The notes under the pieces: generated by a model | Databases searched by the model: none | What the model saw: the letters and a program-made list of their open reading frames with translations, nothing else | What the model was told of the DNA's origin: nothing | Translations under genes and position numbers: made by a program | From: Marsupella aquatica | Lineage: Eukaryota; Plantae; Marchantiophyta | Assembly (NCBI GenBank): GCA_973895155.1 | Contig: OZ316892.1 | Coordinates: 10,706,283 to 10,770,282 of the forward strand | Reading direction: 5' to 3' | Length of the DNA stretch: 64,000 nucleotides | Shown here: positions 1 to 14,261 of the stretch, piece by piece | Numbering within the stretch: position 1 is the first letter of the stretch | Layout of the letters: every line of letters starts with the position of its first letter

Positions 1-3000
1 CACTAGGCTATGAAAGTGCAACTGTGAGCATCACGACTGCCAAAGCCATGGAAAGTCGTAGTGCAAAAGAATTAAGATTGCTGCAATAAAACAGAAAATG
101 TTAGCTCCACATTCCGATCATGCTCTATAAAGGGCAATCTCCTGAGTTCATCCTCTAATAGATGAATTCACATGACTTCATTTTGCTTAGTTAAAGAGGA
201 GGTTTCTCTGAAAACGGGTATGGTCTAGAATTATGTATTACGCTGTCATACAAGTCTCGGACAACTCGAGCAATACAATACTACAAGTTAACAATACGAC
301 AGCAAACTCAATAGCGAGGTAAGGATCAGAATGAAAACAACTTTCTGCCTCGTACTTCAAAAGTCCACTCACAGCAATAGAGAGCCAGCCGTGGATGGAG
401 CTGGCAGAATTGGAGCCTGAGCTGGACCGAAGAATGAGGCAGGGTAGTGCAGACCTGGATTGCCTTCGAAGCTGATTTGACAAAGAGACACATTAAAGGA
501 ACAGTTCTATCAGAGAAATGCAGCAATTTTCTCAGACTCGAATCGATTCCGCTATTCATTATCAGTTCATAAGGAGTCATCATTATATAAGCTTATTGTG
601 CACCCTAGTCAAGTACTATATGAACTCGCGTATGTGCAGAAGTCCAAAAGAAAGGGCAGGGTAACCGGGAGGGAGCAAACATGAGTTACAAACATAATGA
701 ATCGTAGCCAAAATCCAGTGTGGAGGGAAAGGCTAGAGGACCACCTCTGGTAAGGAAATTGGGTAAACACGCCCGTCACTGGAATATCACCGGTCAAGTC
801 GTTGTATGAAAGGTCACTACACAGTTTCCAACGAGATTCTTATCACGTAATAAACCAAGGTACGGAGGAACCGGATGTAATGAGGTATTTGCTGACAGTG
901 TATTTGCCTACAAAACTGCGTATCACAACAATGAAAGTAGCAGCATATTGCTCACAGATCTCTATATTCAACTCAAGTCTTGAGAAGTGTGAACATATGA
1001 TCGATGAAGTGTTAAGAATCTTACAGCACTTGCAGGCTTTGCAAGCCAGTCAGTGACCCTGGTATTGCGCTGGTAAGATTATTTCTGTTTAATTGGCTGT
1101 CCATCCAGACGCCACAGACAACAATGAGCATGGTGGAAGCAAGCGGAACAGCTTCTCTAGTAAACAAAACCAACCGAGCCACCACCCTACGAATTGTGCT
1201 ATCACCAAAATGATTATCACGTCTTCCAATTCAATACATAACATCTTAGATACGTAGAAAGCCAACAAGAGAAGAAGCGAGCAATCCCCGGAGCAATCAT
1301 CCCCTGGAAAAGACCGTACAACATCATTGATCAACTTAAACATCATCGATGAGCACTGGCCGGGATAAATTACAGAAATGTAAGCTGTGAAAGGCTGCCC
1401 AGCTCTGCAGGAATTTCTCCATTGAAATTGTTTTGAGAGAGGTCCAAGCTAACAAGTTGTGTGAGGTTTCCAAGGCTCGATGGAATCGCTCCTCCTATGT
1501 TGTTGTCAGACATTTCCCTGGGAGGACAGTAGGCTGAATCAGATCGCTCAGTGCTCTCCGTGACCATCCACAAATGATCTCGATAATTTCGCGTGAATAT
1601 GTATAACCATTATTTGCCAGATCTCAAGAAATGAAAGAATCACTACCTATGCACTTGGTGACTTCACAAACAGGGGTGGAGACCAATTCATGGACCTCAA
1701 ACCAAAATGATTAATGTACTCGAGTACTGATCAGTTTATGTGTGACCACTTACAGATATTCCAGTTGTGAAAGCTTATCAAGGTCAGACACTAACTGGCC
1801 CGACAGCTGGGAGCTTCCTAGGTCGCTGAAGGGCAAAGCAAAAATGTAACGTCAAAGTCTGTGTTGCCAACCGTTACTGACACTAAGGAGCGAAAACATT
1901 AAATGACTCAAATTTGCAGTTACTCACATTCTGATTACATGACCTTCGTTGTTGCAAGTGAGGTGGGACCAGCTGCAAGGACTTATCGCGGATGGATCCC
2001 AGGATTGTAAGACTTGACCCGGATCTGTCAAAGCCTGGAGTAGGGCGTGCAGCGCATCGCCTGCGTTTAAAAAAAGTGTCAACGAGAGCTCGGAAGGACG
2101 ACCCAATCAGGGAAAGATGCCAACTGCTTGCAATTACAGCGACTTCATGTGACATCCTCCAAGCACCAGTGACTTAGAGAGAGGTTCATTTTGACAGGCA
2201 GCGAATTAACGACTCATCCCTTCTAGACTGTTAATGCAACACAGTTAGTGCAAAAATCAATGAACTGTCCATGCAATTGCGGGTGCAATTGGGTAAAATT
2301 AGCACTCGAGGGGCCTTATGACTTACTGTGATTGTCATAAGGATGGGCCAGTCCTGGAGCTCTGCAGATATGAATTGAATTCCCTCACCAACTCAACCCC
2401 GACTTTGTTTGGTTCGCATTCTCGGCTCAATTGGACATTCTCATCTGGCAATGATTGGACTTATTAATTGTGTCTGTCCTGCCTCAAGAGCTCAATGTTC
2501 ATCGAGCTAGAGTTGTATGTCACGTTGCATACCTTCTAAATTAGCCACAGCAGTCCACGGCACGGCAGCCAGAAGCATCAAACACCAAGAGGCTTGGAAA
2601 GCGCTGGCACCGGTCCAAATGGCTCGTTGTGATCCCATTCCGCACCAAATGAGTGCTCGGCTCGTCATAAGCTGTTGCAGACTGGTGGATCTGTCCGAAC
2701 GCTCAGTATTTACGGAGAGAGAGGGAAAGCCTCAACTTTGCTAGATTTCTGGAATCTCACTACTAAGGCTTAAATAATGTGGAGTCGTACGTGACTTTCC
2801 ACTTTGAGCAGCAAGGAATGCTGCACAAGAGTCTCCCAACACAAAATCAAAAGTGGAAAAGCAATGCAATCGATTGCTCTCTCTGCTGAGTCTCCCTTCC
2901 TTCCGATGGTCGAGACGCTCACTTCTTATGTACTGTCGCTCAATTCCCCTCTGTCTATCTCTTTAGGCCCTCTCCATTGTCCTTAATGGAGCTCAGACGA

Positions 3001-3570
3001 CTTCCAAATTGAATTGCATTAAATGGAATGTTTGACGAAATGTGTCTACAAAGTCAAAAGGTTACAGGTTACTTTATTTGTCGACTTCTGCTCGCTCTTG
3101 CATCATCAATCTATTGTCCGGATCGGATGATCTCTTTTTTCAATGTAGTTGAAAACGAATTAACGACTCATCCCTTCTAGCATCCACAACAGTATTTGTT
3201 CGAATGTAAAGTTTTAGAAATCTATTTCGAATGTGCCTCGGTAAACTTGCGATTATCTGCTTCAGTGCTGAATGTATCTAGATCATCCGCTGACTCCAAT
3301 GCTCTCAATGCACTCGTAATTCTTAACAGTCCTGCAACGTCGTGCACAGTACTGTTCAAATAAAAAAAACACAACATAATAGGCTGGGCGCCAACCTCAG
3401 TAATACAAGAATCTTGACCTGCTCAAAGTCTCAGCACAACGGTCAAAAAAGGGACCCAAATAGTTGACAGCTCGACCCCGGCTGCACATTGAGTGGACTT
3501 TTTTTAGCACATTGTTGTTTGACCGCCGCCTCAAAAGATCAAAATCACTTGGGTCGTCGACTTTCCGTGC
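1..3570 (+). repeat. Segmental/tandem duplication block, paralogous to ~57320-61270
   Basis: 3' flank, introns, exons and upstream region align with ~57320-61270 (e.g. actgccaaagccatggaaagtcgtagtgcaaaagaattaagattgctgcaa in both). Confidence 0.9.
369..2638 (-). CDS. Secreted SERK-ectodomain-like LRR protein (LRR1/LRP-type, no TM/kinase), copy A, 233 aa
   Basis: Exons 2533-2638, 1928-2060, 1754-1825, 1374-1517, 1025-1096, 745-816, 369-471, all GT-AG. SERK-typical exon sizes 133/72/144/72/72. Signal peptide ...[33 protein letters not shown], LRRs, then SFEGNPGL plus a Pro-rich tail ending at TGA 369-371. Confidence 0.9.
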
Positions 3571-3582
3571 ATGAGGTCCATA

Positions 3583-3710
3583 CATGTATTAAGATGAACA
3601 TGCTCATGTATTAAGATGAAGGATGAGTAAAATTTGAAGTGCTTAGTCTACACATGTGTTTTACATAGCATGTTTATCTTAATACATGAGCATGTTCATC
3701 CTAATAGATG
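3583..3710. repeat. Short inverted repeat (~40-bp arms), MITE-like/hairpin
   Basis: catgtattaagatgaacatgctcatgtattaagat at the left pairs with atcttaatacatgagcatgttcatcctaatagatg at the right. Confidence 0.65.
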
Positions 3711-3977
3711 TTTATTTTGACTTATCCAAAAAAATTGAAACGATCGTCCATACAAGTTATGTGAGGAGATATTTTAATTAATTTGACTAGTTTATGAAAA
3801 GCAAATATTGAAAGAATGATTATAAGAAATTTAATGAAAAAACTAGTACACACCTTTTTAAAAGTGAAAGAATTACAATAAGTTAAGACAAGTGCATTAA
3901 GTTGAAGGTACTAGTCAATGTACCTGTAAAGGTACAATACTTTATGATTGAAAGAGATGATGATTAACTTTGTTCTT

Positions 3978-6066
3978 TTTTAATTTTCTTCTCTATTTGG
4001 TGGGGCTCTCTATTTAGGTGACACCTCTTGATCAATAAACCATGAACAATGTAAGTTCTTTTTACGGACCCCACTAGAGGTTCCTTCCAAAATTCCTGGC
4101 ACCACAGTGTGCCATGTCAGCAACAACCGCAACAAACAAGAATGGTCATGTTTGCGCAACGAATAAACTCCTCTCCATCTTGTTTACGTCGCTTTTCGTG
4201 TAATTTTATGGACGCCGTGCCGTCAAAACATAATGTAAAAGTAATTAAAAGTAGTTCATCCAAATCTATTGATACAAAGGGCGAGATTAAAAACATTCAC
4301 CCATATTCTCTTTACTTAAATTTATAAATGTTTTTTTATAAAAGTAAGTAAATAGTGTTCAACGTAAACAGTAACCGTATTCCTGTGTAACTACCGAAGA
4401 ACAAAAGAAGCACATCAACATTTCGAAAGGGAGGAAGGCTTTTCATGAAAGTAATGAAAAGAGGAAAGCTCGAAAGGAGTTTCGCCTCTTGAAGTGCAAA
4501 GTAAAGAGGAATGTTGGAGAAACAAAATAAAAAAAGATCAGAAGCCGAATGAAGAAAACAAAAATGAGAACTGATCGAGGACAGAAAAGAGGCGCAGCAC
4601 ATCTTAATCAGAAACAAATAGATCGAGTAGAAAGAAGGAGAAGCAAAGAGAATCGATAAGGACATTGACAAGATCGATAAGGACTGATCGACCTCAACTA
4701 CTCTAGCAGATCACTGAAGCTCAACGTAGTAGTCCACTACAATCCATCCCGCCCCCAATCCACACTGCAAGGAGCGCACCTCCGCGCCACAACCTCTGTA
4801 CGCGCTCTCGTTGTTGATTTTGATTGTACGCGTTCTCGTTGTTGATTTTGATTGTTGATTTTGATCGAAGCTGCCCCATCAAAGATTGTTAACAAACAAA
4901 CGATCGAATCAGGAAGAGAACGACTGCGATTTGAACCAAAAGAGGCCATGGCAAAGTGAAAGCGATACAAAAAGGCGAGATACAAAAGGAAGAGATACAA
5001 AAGGGCGAGAGAGACTAACACAACGCCCCGATGATCCAGAGAACAACAGAAAATTGAAAGAGTAAATTCCATCTGCATACGACAATGCTTGCTAGTTGCT
5101 ACCCAGGCTTGATCATGATTGATTGATTGCTGCCCCAGTTGCTACGCGACTAGCAACAAATGCAGGACAGAACTCTAATCTAGCCATACACGACAGGAGA
5201 GGACAGTAGCCATGCACGACAGGGGAGGTAATTGATTACGCAGGGCATGGCCTGGTGATGCATTTTAGCAGTAGATTCACCTTTGTGAAGCTTTTTGTGT
5301 AAGTTGGAGTTCCCTCTCGGCAGCGTGTTGGTGGCTCTTAACTTTACTGCGCCCTGAGATTTCCCACCATGTTTTTCCAGATAGATTTTTTTGTTCGAGT
5401 GGGCCATACACGATCGGGGCAGAGAAGAGCTGTAAGGCAGCGACCTGAGCAGAAGAAAAAGGCAAAAGCAGATCGATCGAACAAAGTCAACTTTCTTATG
5501 AGCACCTCCTTGTCAAACACACTGAGTAATTAATTGTCATTCTCGGGCGAGAACTGTAAACATGTGGAGTCGAGTTAGGAACGGATTTGTCCTCAGCATG
5601 GAGTCAGTGCTCAATAATAGACTCTTCGCCCTTGGGGACTGTAATATCATGTGCTTTCAGGAATTGAAGTCAGCAACATACACTTTCGAAGTCATTTATA
5701 GCCAAACTTGCTGATGACGTCCACTTGGCAATTGCAATGTTGTCCCTAAACTGGCACCTCAAAATTCATGTTCAGTGTCAAGTAGTTTGGCCAAGACTTG
5801 CACCAAAGCGCCTATGATTAGGGCATTCACCATTTTTTCCTTCACGAGCAAGGAAACTAACTTATACTATACATTAAATAGCTACAGTTGAAATGCCTCC
5901 ATGTATTGAGATTCTATAGCCTCGAACTTAGCCAACTATCCACTTTTCAATCTCAATCGAATAAAAACAGGTGGGGTCCACGAACTAATTTAATTTTCTG
6001 CTCTATTTGGTGGGGTTCCCTATTTAGGCGACACCTGTTGATCAATAAACCATGAACAATGTAAGC
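3978..6066 (+). repeat. Pair of ~85-bp imperfect direct repeats (3978-4066 and ~5988-6066) flanking ~1.9 kb of unclassified sequence
   Basis: taattttct.ctctatttggtgggg...tatttagg.gacacct.ttgatcaataaaccatgaacaatgtaag occurs twice. Confidence 0.7.
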
Positions 6067-6469
6067 TTTGTAACCAATGGCATATAAGATGCACTCATCA
6101 ATTATCAGCGTACTAGGTGAATGGTTGAACTTCTCATGCAAGTAAGGAAATATGCCCCTCAAAATGATAGGTAAAATATATTTAGGGAGCCTGATGAAAA
6201 GTAAGGAAATGAAAAAAACATATATGGCGAACACCATTTATATATGGCAAAGAATAAGTTATGAATTTTCTTTTAAATCTAGCCTCGTCTATCATTTCAC
6301 TTTGTATTGGTTTGAATTCAACAATTTTTCTAACCCCTTTAATTATTTCAATTCCATGATTTTCATTTGATATGTTAGGTTTTACTATGATAGCATATCA
6401 TGTGTTTGATGAGATTTTCATTGTGTCATTCCCTCTCTATGGCATGGCAAGGTTAGACTCACCAGGTTG

Positions 6470-7164
6470 CACCAGTACAAAAACCAACGATGCCTTGCAG
6501 GTTATATCTCCTGCTCAATACCTGTGTGTTGCACAAAAGATGTTGTGACGGCCAAGATATTGTTCCCGATGTCATTGAGAACAAAAAAGGTCGTGTCTGC
6601 CAAGAGGTTGTTGAGAATAAAGATGTTGTGTCGGCCAGAGGTCGTTGAGAACAAAGATGTTGTGTCGGCCAAGAGGTCGTTGAGACGGAAGATGTTGTGT
6701 CGGCCAAGATGTCGGTGAGAACAAAAGATGTCGTGTAGGTCAAAGAAGTCATTGAGAACAAACGATGCCGTCAAGAAAATACCCGTGCGTTGCACAAAAG
6801 ATGTCGTGTCCCTCAAGATGTTGTTGAGAAAAAAAGATGTCGTCGCCCAAGATGTTATTAAGAAAAAATATGTCATGTCATCTAAGATGTCATTAAGAAA
6901 AAATAGATGTTGTGTCGCCCAAGATGTTGTTATTTCAGAAAAAAATGTCGTGTCACCCAAGATGCCGTTAAGAAAAAAAGATGTGGTGTTGCCCAAGATG
7001 TTCTTAAGAAAAAAATGTCGCGCAAAAGGGCGCAAAAAATGAGTAACAACAACCACAAAGTATCACCACTTAAGAATGATTTTTGTATTTGTATTTTTCA
7101 TTTTTTAATTCCTCAAAAACCTTTAACCACCCCCCCCCCCCTCTTTTAGGCCTTTTGTACTATG
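6470..7164. mobile_element. Degenerate non-autonomous CACTA-like element filled with ~39-bp tandem repeats
   Basis: Left end CACCAGTACAAAA, right end TTTTGTACTA-TG. Interior is tandem aaagatgttgtgtcggccaagaggtcgttgagaac variants. TSD is not clean. Confidence 0.45.
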
Positions 7165-7289
7165 GTTTGATGTTTTCTATTATATTCTGTAATATTTGTA
7201 ATCGATTAAACTCCTCCTAGGACATAGATTATCATGGGGTACTTGATATGAAATAATGTCGCGGCATGGAGATCACTATTTCTATGCAT

Positions 7290-7727
7290 GGATAGTACTA
7301 TTCGTAGATGGTCCCTCCGTTGAGGTTGCCTCTGCCCTCACCACCCTTTTTGACCAGTTGATGGCCCTTGGTTTGCAGGTACAGCCCGTGAAGAGTTGTG
7401 CTTGGAGTCCGATAGGGTTACGCTCCGATTTGGTGCTTCCCTCCAAGTTCTTACGTCTAGCAGGAGGTCTTCGGGTCCTTGGCTCTCCTATCAGTACTCC
7501 TACCTTTTGTTCATTTTTATTGCAGATGCTCTACATGCTGCTTTAGCCCCCACTCCTTTGCTCCTTGTTGGCCGATACTCAGGTAGCATTTGGGATGTTA
7601 TTGAGATGCCTCCACCTACTGAGGATCTTAGTCTACACCTATTTACTTTTGATGTATCCGTTTGGGGGACTTTTGCCTCCCTATTAGGTCATGGTTCTTT
7701 GCTTGCATCTCCGTGGCTTCACCGACA
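7290..7727 (+). pseudogene. CRE/RLE-type non-LTR retrotransposon fragment (end of RT/thumb region)
   Basis: Translates to LGLQVQPVKSCAWSP...GLRVLGSPI and, after a frameshift, LADTQVAFGMLLRC. Truncated by the CACTA TIR at 7728. Confidence 0.6.
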
Positions 7728-8644
7728 CACTAGAAGAAAACATGGCCCTTTATGACCAATTATCCAATGACCGAAATGAATAAATGACCAAAATTGGCAA
7801 TGACACAAAATGAATGACAGGAGAATGACTGTCCAAAATGACGGTCAATAGACTGAAATGACAAAATGATAAATTTTGCGTCATTTAGCCTAATGTCTAT
7901 AATGACACAATTAGTATAAAATGGTCAATTTAGACATACGTCCTAAATGACGCAACCAAGTACAACAATGATAAATCAGTGTTTAGCACCATTGTAGTCA
8001 CTTTGGACAACGGTCGTAAATGACCAACGCCTAGTTGGGTCATTTTGGACAACGGTGATAAATGACAAAAAACCTATTTTTGTCATTTTAACCAACGCTG
8101 CTAAATGACTAAATTTAGGGTCAATCTAAAAATCAAGATATCTCAGTGTTTACAACAACATATAATCATTATGCACTTATCTCATAAATGACTAAATCTA
8201 GGGTCAGTCTAAAAATCAAAATATATCAGTGTTTACAACAATATATAGTCATTACGGACGTTTGTATCATAAATGATTACTTGTAAAGTCAATCTAAAAA
8301 TTAGGATATATCAGTCTTTATATTAATATATAGTCATTACAAACTTGTGTCATAAATGACTACTTCTAGAGTCATTAAGGAATCAATGATATATCAGTGA
8401 TTTTTTAATTTTATTTTATTTTTAAATTTGAATTTTATTCCGCGTGAACCCCATGGATGAGGGGACCAAGCAGGCCAAACGGCAACAATCCCAAAAGGGC
8501 AGTGGGTACAAGCTCCAAGACCAAAGAGTCCAGTAAGGAGCATGATATCTTTCTAACACTAGGCTCTTGGCAGGCCAAAAGCACATATCTAAAAAACAAA
8601 CGTGAAGGGCAGGCCATCCAAAGTCCAGCAGAGGGACATTACTT

Positions 8645-9708
8645 TCATGAAGATTCAATACGTCTAATTCTACCACCTAAAATCTTGCTTCTTTCTCTAT
8701 CCAGCATAACAGTAGCACCCATCAGACGATCATGTTTCTTGCTTGTTCCAGATGTGACTGTCACCCCAGAAAGATGATCAAGCGTCCCAGAAATAATAGC
8801 TATTTGATCAAAGTTGCGTTTCGTGGTCTTTGTCAAGTCAAAGATCTGTCCATTCCGAGCAGTCCAGATATTCCAGAGGATTTGGTAGATTAAAAAGGCA
8901 CATAGTGTGCTCAGTGGGGACTTCACACGGCAAGACAGTAGGAGATCAAAAATGCTAAAGTCCTGGCCAATAATCTGTCCATTCAACCAGCCACTTGTCT
9001 CGCTCCAGCAGCTCTGTGCATGTCGGCAGTGAAAGAAAAGGTGTGGGATAGTCTCAATCACCCCCCGGCAGAGCTCACAGCAGCCATCAGACTTCAAAAT
9101 CCGCAAAGCCCTGGATCCGGAGAACAGGCCCTGGGCAAGAACACGCCATACAAAGGTTTTAGCCCTGGTGGACAGATCAGATTTCCAAGAAATCTGCCAG
9201 ACATCACTCCATTCTTTCTCTGAAAGCATGACATCCCAGATCCTGTTTAGCCGAACGTAATCAGATCCCTTAGTGCGGAGCATATCATAAATCCTATGAT
9301 TAGATAAAACAAATAGCTTGGGATGTGAAGCAAGATCAAGCCAACGCCATTGTCTGGCAGGGGAGTCCACGTTACTTCCCTGGAAGGTAGTCAAACGGAT
9401 TGTATCCAGAAGAGCAAAGCAAGTTCTCTTGAGATCCTCAGGGAGCCCACGAATGCGATGCATCTTATCATGTAAGTCCTTCCACTCGTGGACAGCAGGG
9501 GACCAAAAGTCACATACTTTCCTGATCCCCAGTTTCCCACAAATCTTAACAATGCTAGTTCTGATGTCCTCCTGCAAGTCGTAGTATCCATGTAAGCATC
9601 TAAGAAGGTCTTCGATCCCCCAATGACCGGGAATTGAGCCAGTGCCAGGGCAGAAGATCAGATTCCCTCTCACCTGCATCCAAGCACTCCAAATCTGTCC
9701 TGTGTACT
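8645..9708 (-). pseudogene. L1 ORF2 C-terminal part (zf-RVT region)
   Basis: W..SWKSDLSTRAKTFVWRVL...CELCRGVIETIPHLFFHC...W...IWTARNGQIF. In frame with the 26509-side part once the CACTA and one ACT copy are removed. Confidence 0.88.
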
Positions 9709-10565
9709 CACTAGAAGAATCCGAGGTGAACTGAGACCGCAATATATGACTCATTTTGGCTCATGTGACTTCATTGTGACTCAACGTGACTTGACCCACG
9801 CTGTGACCCTTGGAGTTGCAAAAGTTGAGACCAAAAAATGGAAGTCACTATTGATACTGGGCTTTGCAACTTGCTTGATACCCATTTGTGACTGATCTGT
9901 GACTTTATTGTGGAGTCTAGCCTTGTTTCAATGTGACTGCAATATGACTTCAGCGAGTCACATCGTAAGTCACATACATGACTTACTCGCATTCAACAAC
10001 GACTACCGTGTGACTATTTAGTGTCACAGGAGAGACCAATGGAGACCCTGGCCCGCGTCACACAACAGAACCATTTGGGACTCTATATACTCATGTTTAT
10101 AACTAATAAGGTTCACATGCAAGTTATAACCATGACTAATGAACACAGAGGGACAGTTCATAAGGAGAGAGAGAGCACTCGACATTACAATACATAGAAA
10201 CCTGATGTTCTAACTTTAGAAATATAACACATTGAATACAAGAATTGAACATAGCATGAATGACATCCACATGAAACAAAGCATCATATAAGCAGATCCT
10301 ACATAAAACATTCATAAGAATTAAACACAATCACAATCTTGCTAAAAAATGAAGATCATTTGAATTCCAATGGAATAGTTTACAATGTGATCAATGTAAT
10401 TTAGACAAAACAGGAACTCATAATTGATGACTGTAGGATGAGATAACTGAAAGCACGTGCATGATACTATGAATCTCCAAGAGGACATGATTCTTGTACT
10501 GCTTCTTGACATCTAAAATCTACATAACATGACTCACGCTACAAACAAATAATGGCATGACATTG

Positions 10566-13500
10566 TTATGGATCCTCTATGAACTTGCTTGGCCATAATA
10601 CCAAAGAACCTGCAGCATCTCCAAGTGTCTTTTGAGGAGGATCATCATTTGTGTTTGGAATGGGAAGGACAGCTTTAGGTTTCACTAGTAATGTGACTAA
10701 CACTACTGAATAACCTGGGGGAATCCTCTTGCCATGGAACGTTGTGGAACCAACCTGCACTCTGGCAAATCCTACTCGTGTTCCACTCTCATCAACAGCT
10801 AACAAGCCACTTTGTCCCTCAGCATTAGGTGCTTTCCCCACTTCCATCTTAGATCTTTCTGCCAGCACTGTTCTTGGAGGTTTGTATGAAACCTTTGACG
10901 TGGCTCTGCTCCCACCAGCAGACTTGCTTCGTGTGTGCATGCTTCCTCTCTTCACAGTAGTGAAGCTAGGCTCAGTAGGTTCCTCTGTTAGGACTGTCAT
11001 AGTAGCAGGTTCATCACCTGGGAGTGTCATACCAACTAACTCTTTGGTTGGATTTATCTCAACAAGAGGCACACCTGTCATTGAGAATGATACATTCTGC
11101 AAATCATTTATCTCTGCAATGGAGTCAAGATCTACATAGCATGAATCTGGCTCAATGGTATCATTGTCATGCTTGCTGATATCCTCATTTGCCCCAACAT
11201 TGATATCATCCACTCCCTTGCCAATGTCATCCTCATCCAAACATGGTTGACTGCCCTCTGTCAAACAAGTTGCTTGTACAGACTGCAACTTTGTTGCCTC
11301 TAAATTACAGCGAGTATTTGCCAGGTTCTCATACTTCTTCTCTGTAGCACCTGTCTTATTCTCTATGGACACAACAACCACAATATATGTTACTGAAAAT
11401 AACACATTCAACAAACAATGTCAATTCAAACTATACATTTAATAATCATATCCCACACAGTTGTAAAGGCCTTACCTTCAAGCCTACATGTCGTTGGCAT
11501 GCCAGAAGAGTGCATCGACTTTGCCACCTCAAGTGGTGATGGTGGAACTCCTGCAGAATTGGAATCAATTTTATCTCTCACCGACACAACAGCTTCCATT
11601 AATGTCTTGAAGTTCACATGGAACAAGTCAGTCAATGAATTCAAACGTTCATTGATCTCTGGAAGACATGTTTCGACAGCCTTCAAACGACTACTTATCT
11701 CTGTAAGTGAAGATCCACCTCCCTACATGACACAGGGGTATAGGTTCAATCACTCCATATGAAATGTTGGGCAATATATGCACAATCAATGTTATATACA
11801 GTGTACACCTGAAATTCAACGCAGGTCATTCAATTACCAATCAGAACTCATATAACTTACATGCTTGGAGGATTCAGATGCACCCTCTTGAGCCCGGGTG
11901 TTCACAATTTCAGCCCTCAACTCTTCTTTTGAAGGGCTTTGCCCCAATTGGGCTTTCTGCACATGCATGGCAAACACAAGTTATCGATCAATATTCAGGG
12001 AACGTACACTAAAAAACAAAGTTTACATGTATGGGTTTACACTAAAAAACAGTACATAGTGTAGCATAAATTACATAGCTAGGCCATTCATTCTTACCAA
12101 ACGTTTAGCTGTCGGTGCAATGCCGGTCCTTCCTGTCAGATTAGGGATCTGAACACTCAACCTGGCCTCGGTCATCTGTGAACTCTTCTTTTTTGAAGCA
12201 TCTGTTACAAAATAAGCTACTAACCTTGCCCACACTTTATCATCACAACTGGCTGGTGGAGGCATATCTGGCTTCTCCCCACCTTCCTTCCAAGCCTTAT
12301 GCATTCTCCACCTCTCTTGCTTGATAATTTTACCTGCTGTACTCTCTAGGCAACCTATGTCCATGCCATCATCACTGCCCACATAATTCCATTTGGCAGC
12401 AACATTTTCACATACAGTCTTCCAATCTTCCAATACTACTTCCATGTAGTACTGGGCGTTGTATTGGCCACCCCTTCATTCACCCTACCTGGGGTTCTGA
12501 AGCCAGCTGGGAAAATACAATGCCGTTCATGCTTGAGAACTACATATAGCAGAATGGATGACGGCAACATTCAATGCTTCACTTCAAGAAAAATTCTTCA
12601 AACATACATACCTGTAGCTCTGCCTGTAGATGCCTGTGCAGGGACTGCACTCTGAAATTGTTGCGACCCTAGACCACCTGTCCAGCCTAGTACAGGGGCC
12701 GGATGATGTCACTTTCTAGGTATGTGTGTGCAAACATATGTACTGAAAACTAAGTACAAACTGTAGGAAAACAACTGAACATTCACCGACATACCTGTCC
12801 CCCTTCCGTGCTGCATCTGCATAGGGGCATTAGTGAATACTTGAGTCGATGGTTCAACTGTCCAACCTGCACACATACATTTTCTATCATTATACATGTG
12901 CAGAGTCCCCCCCCACGTGAATGGACTCCACATATAATGAGTTCTTCCATTGCTGACAAGATCAGACATTACCTACTTGTAGGTACTGAATTTTGATATC
13001 CCTGCCAATTACCTTCACCACCTTCCCAACCTTGTTCATTCCACGACCCACCACCATCCTCCCAACCTGGTTCAACCCATGTCTGTCCTTGTGGACATTG
13101 GAACTGATCATTACTAGCATTTGCCCAATCAGGTTGGGCAGAATCTGCATGCAATGGCAGGTGGACAGAATTTCATGTTGTCTGAGTCCAATACATCCCA
13201 AACAATGTCAAAAATTGATATGCAGTCTGAAATTCAGGAGTGCCATGCCTTCACAAAGAACTGGCATATAGATATATACTCACATCCCCATGGTTGAGGT
13301 GGACGTCCATACCCACGAGATTGTGGGTTTGGACCTGCTCTGCCTCTACCACGGGCATAACCTAGAGCTTGCCCCCTGCCATAGTATTGGGCACTAGCCT
13401 GGGATCTACCACTACTACCACCTTGCCAACCTTGATCAGAGGTCAGCCCCCCCTGCTGGTATGGTGCATGCACAGGCTTCGAAGGCAAAACAGAACTGGC

Positions 13501-13900
13501 AGGACACTGCATCACATCACCAACTACAATGTCAGGAACTAAGCAAGGTACATATGTGTAGTACTGAACATATGAAACCTCTAAACAAGAGTTTTTAACT
13601 CAAAACCTTGTTGGGAAAACTACTTACATGTTTCTTTTGGGGCTGCTCTGCAATGTATTCATCTTCATAACCCCCATCCTCATCCATTTCCTCTGGAAAA
13701 TACTCATCATCTGCATCTTCTTGTCTAGTGTCTGCACCCACCTGTGCAGCATCAATGTCATCTCCACATTCTGCCATTGTAGGTACGACCTTCTTGCTCA
13801 ACCTGTCACTCCGACGCACAGGCCCAGAGATAGTGCTGGTCACCCTTCTTGGGTACTCCTTTTGTTTCTTTGAAAATGCTGTGGCTCTGCGACATTCCAA
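10566..13900 (-). CDS. CACTA TnpA-like accessory protein (multi-exon; boundaries approximate)
   Basis: The exon at 12071-12445 has the Ptta/En/Spm-like motif PPPASCDDKVWARLVAYF...SSQMTEAR...TGRTG. The last exon ends with a TNP1-like domain FHGKRIPPGYSVVLV...LPIP...TLGDAAGSLVLWP. Confidence 0.75.
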
Positions 13901-14261
13901 TATGAGAATACAGTCACAATTTCAGTGCTACATTGAACTATTCATGTCACACAAACTCAGCGGAGGGGTGTAGTTGAGAATCGTTCCCTTACAATTCAGC
14001 CACATCCTTTTCTAGATCCAGTTCTGCGATTTTGGCTTTCACGTATGCTCGTTGTTCCATAGCTTTCCTTTCATACTCACACATCTTTGTGTCACTGTGT
14101 TCCATCCTACTGGACCACAAAAACATGTCATCTATGGTCACCCCGTATAACACAATGCAACCACAATCACCAGGCATCCATCCATACATCTGTGTTGCTT
14201 CAGAATTACTTTATTACACATCCTTCCCCTCACTAATGTCCATGCAAACAATTCACATTAC

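Noticed and set aside
1-368. Possible TM/kinase exons making the LRR genes full SERK receptors
   Set aside because: Both copies have an in-frame TGA after the Pro-rich tail, and no TM or kinase exon is visible downstream of copy B (56700-57690).
6459-7149. Overlapping ORFs on both strands
   Set aside because: Artefacts of ~39-bp tandem repeats.
8645-9754. 369-aa ORF as an independent gene
   Set aside because: Its first ~15 codons come from the CACTA terminus; the rest is the severed L1 ORF2 tail.
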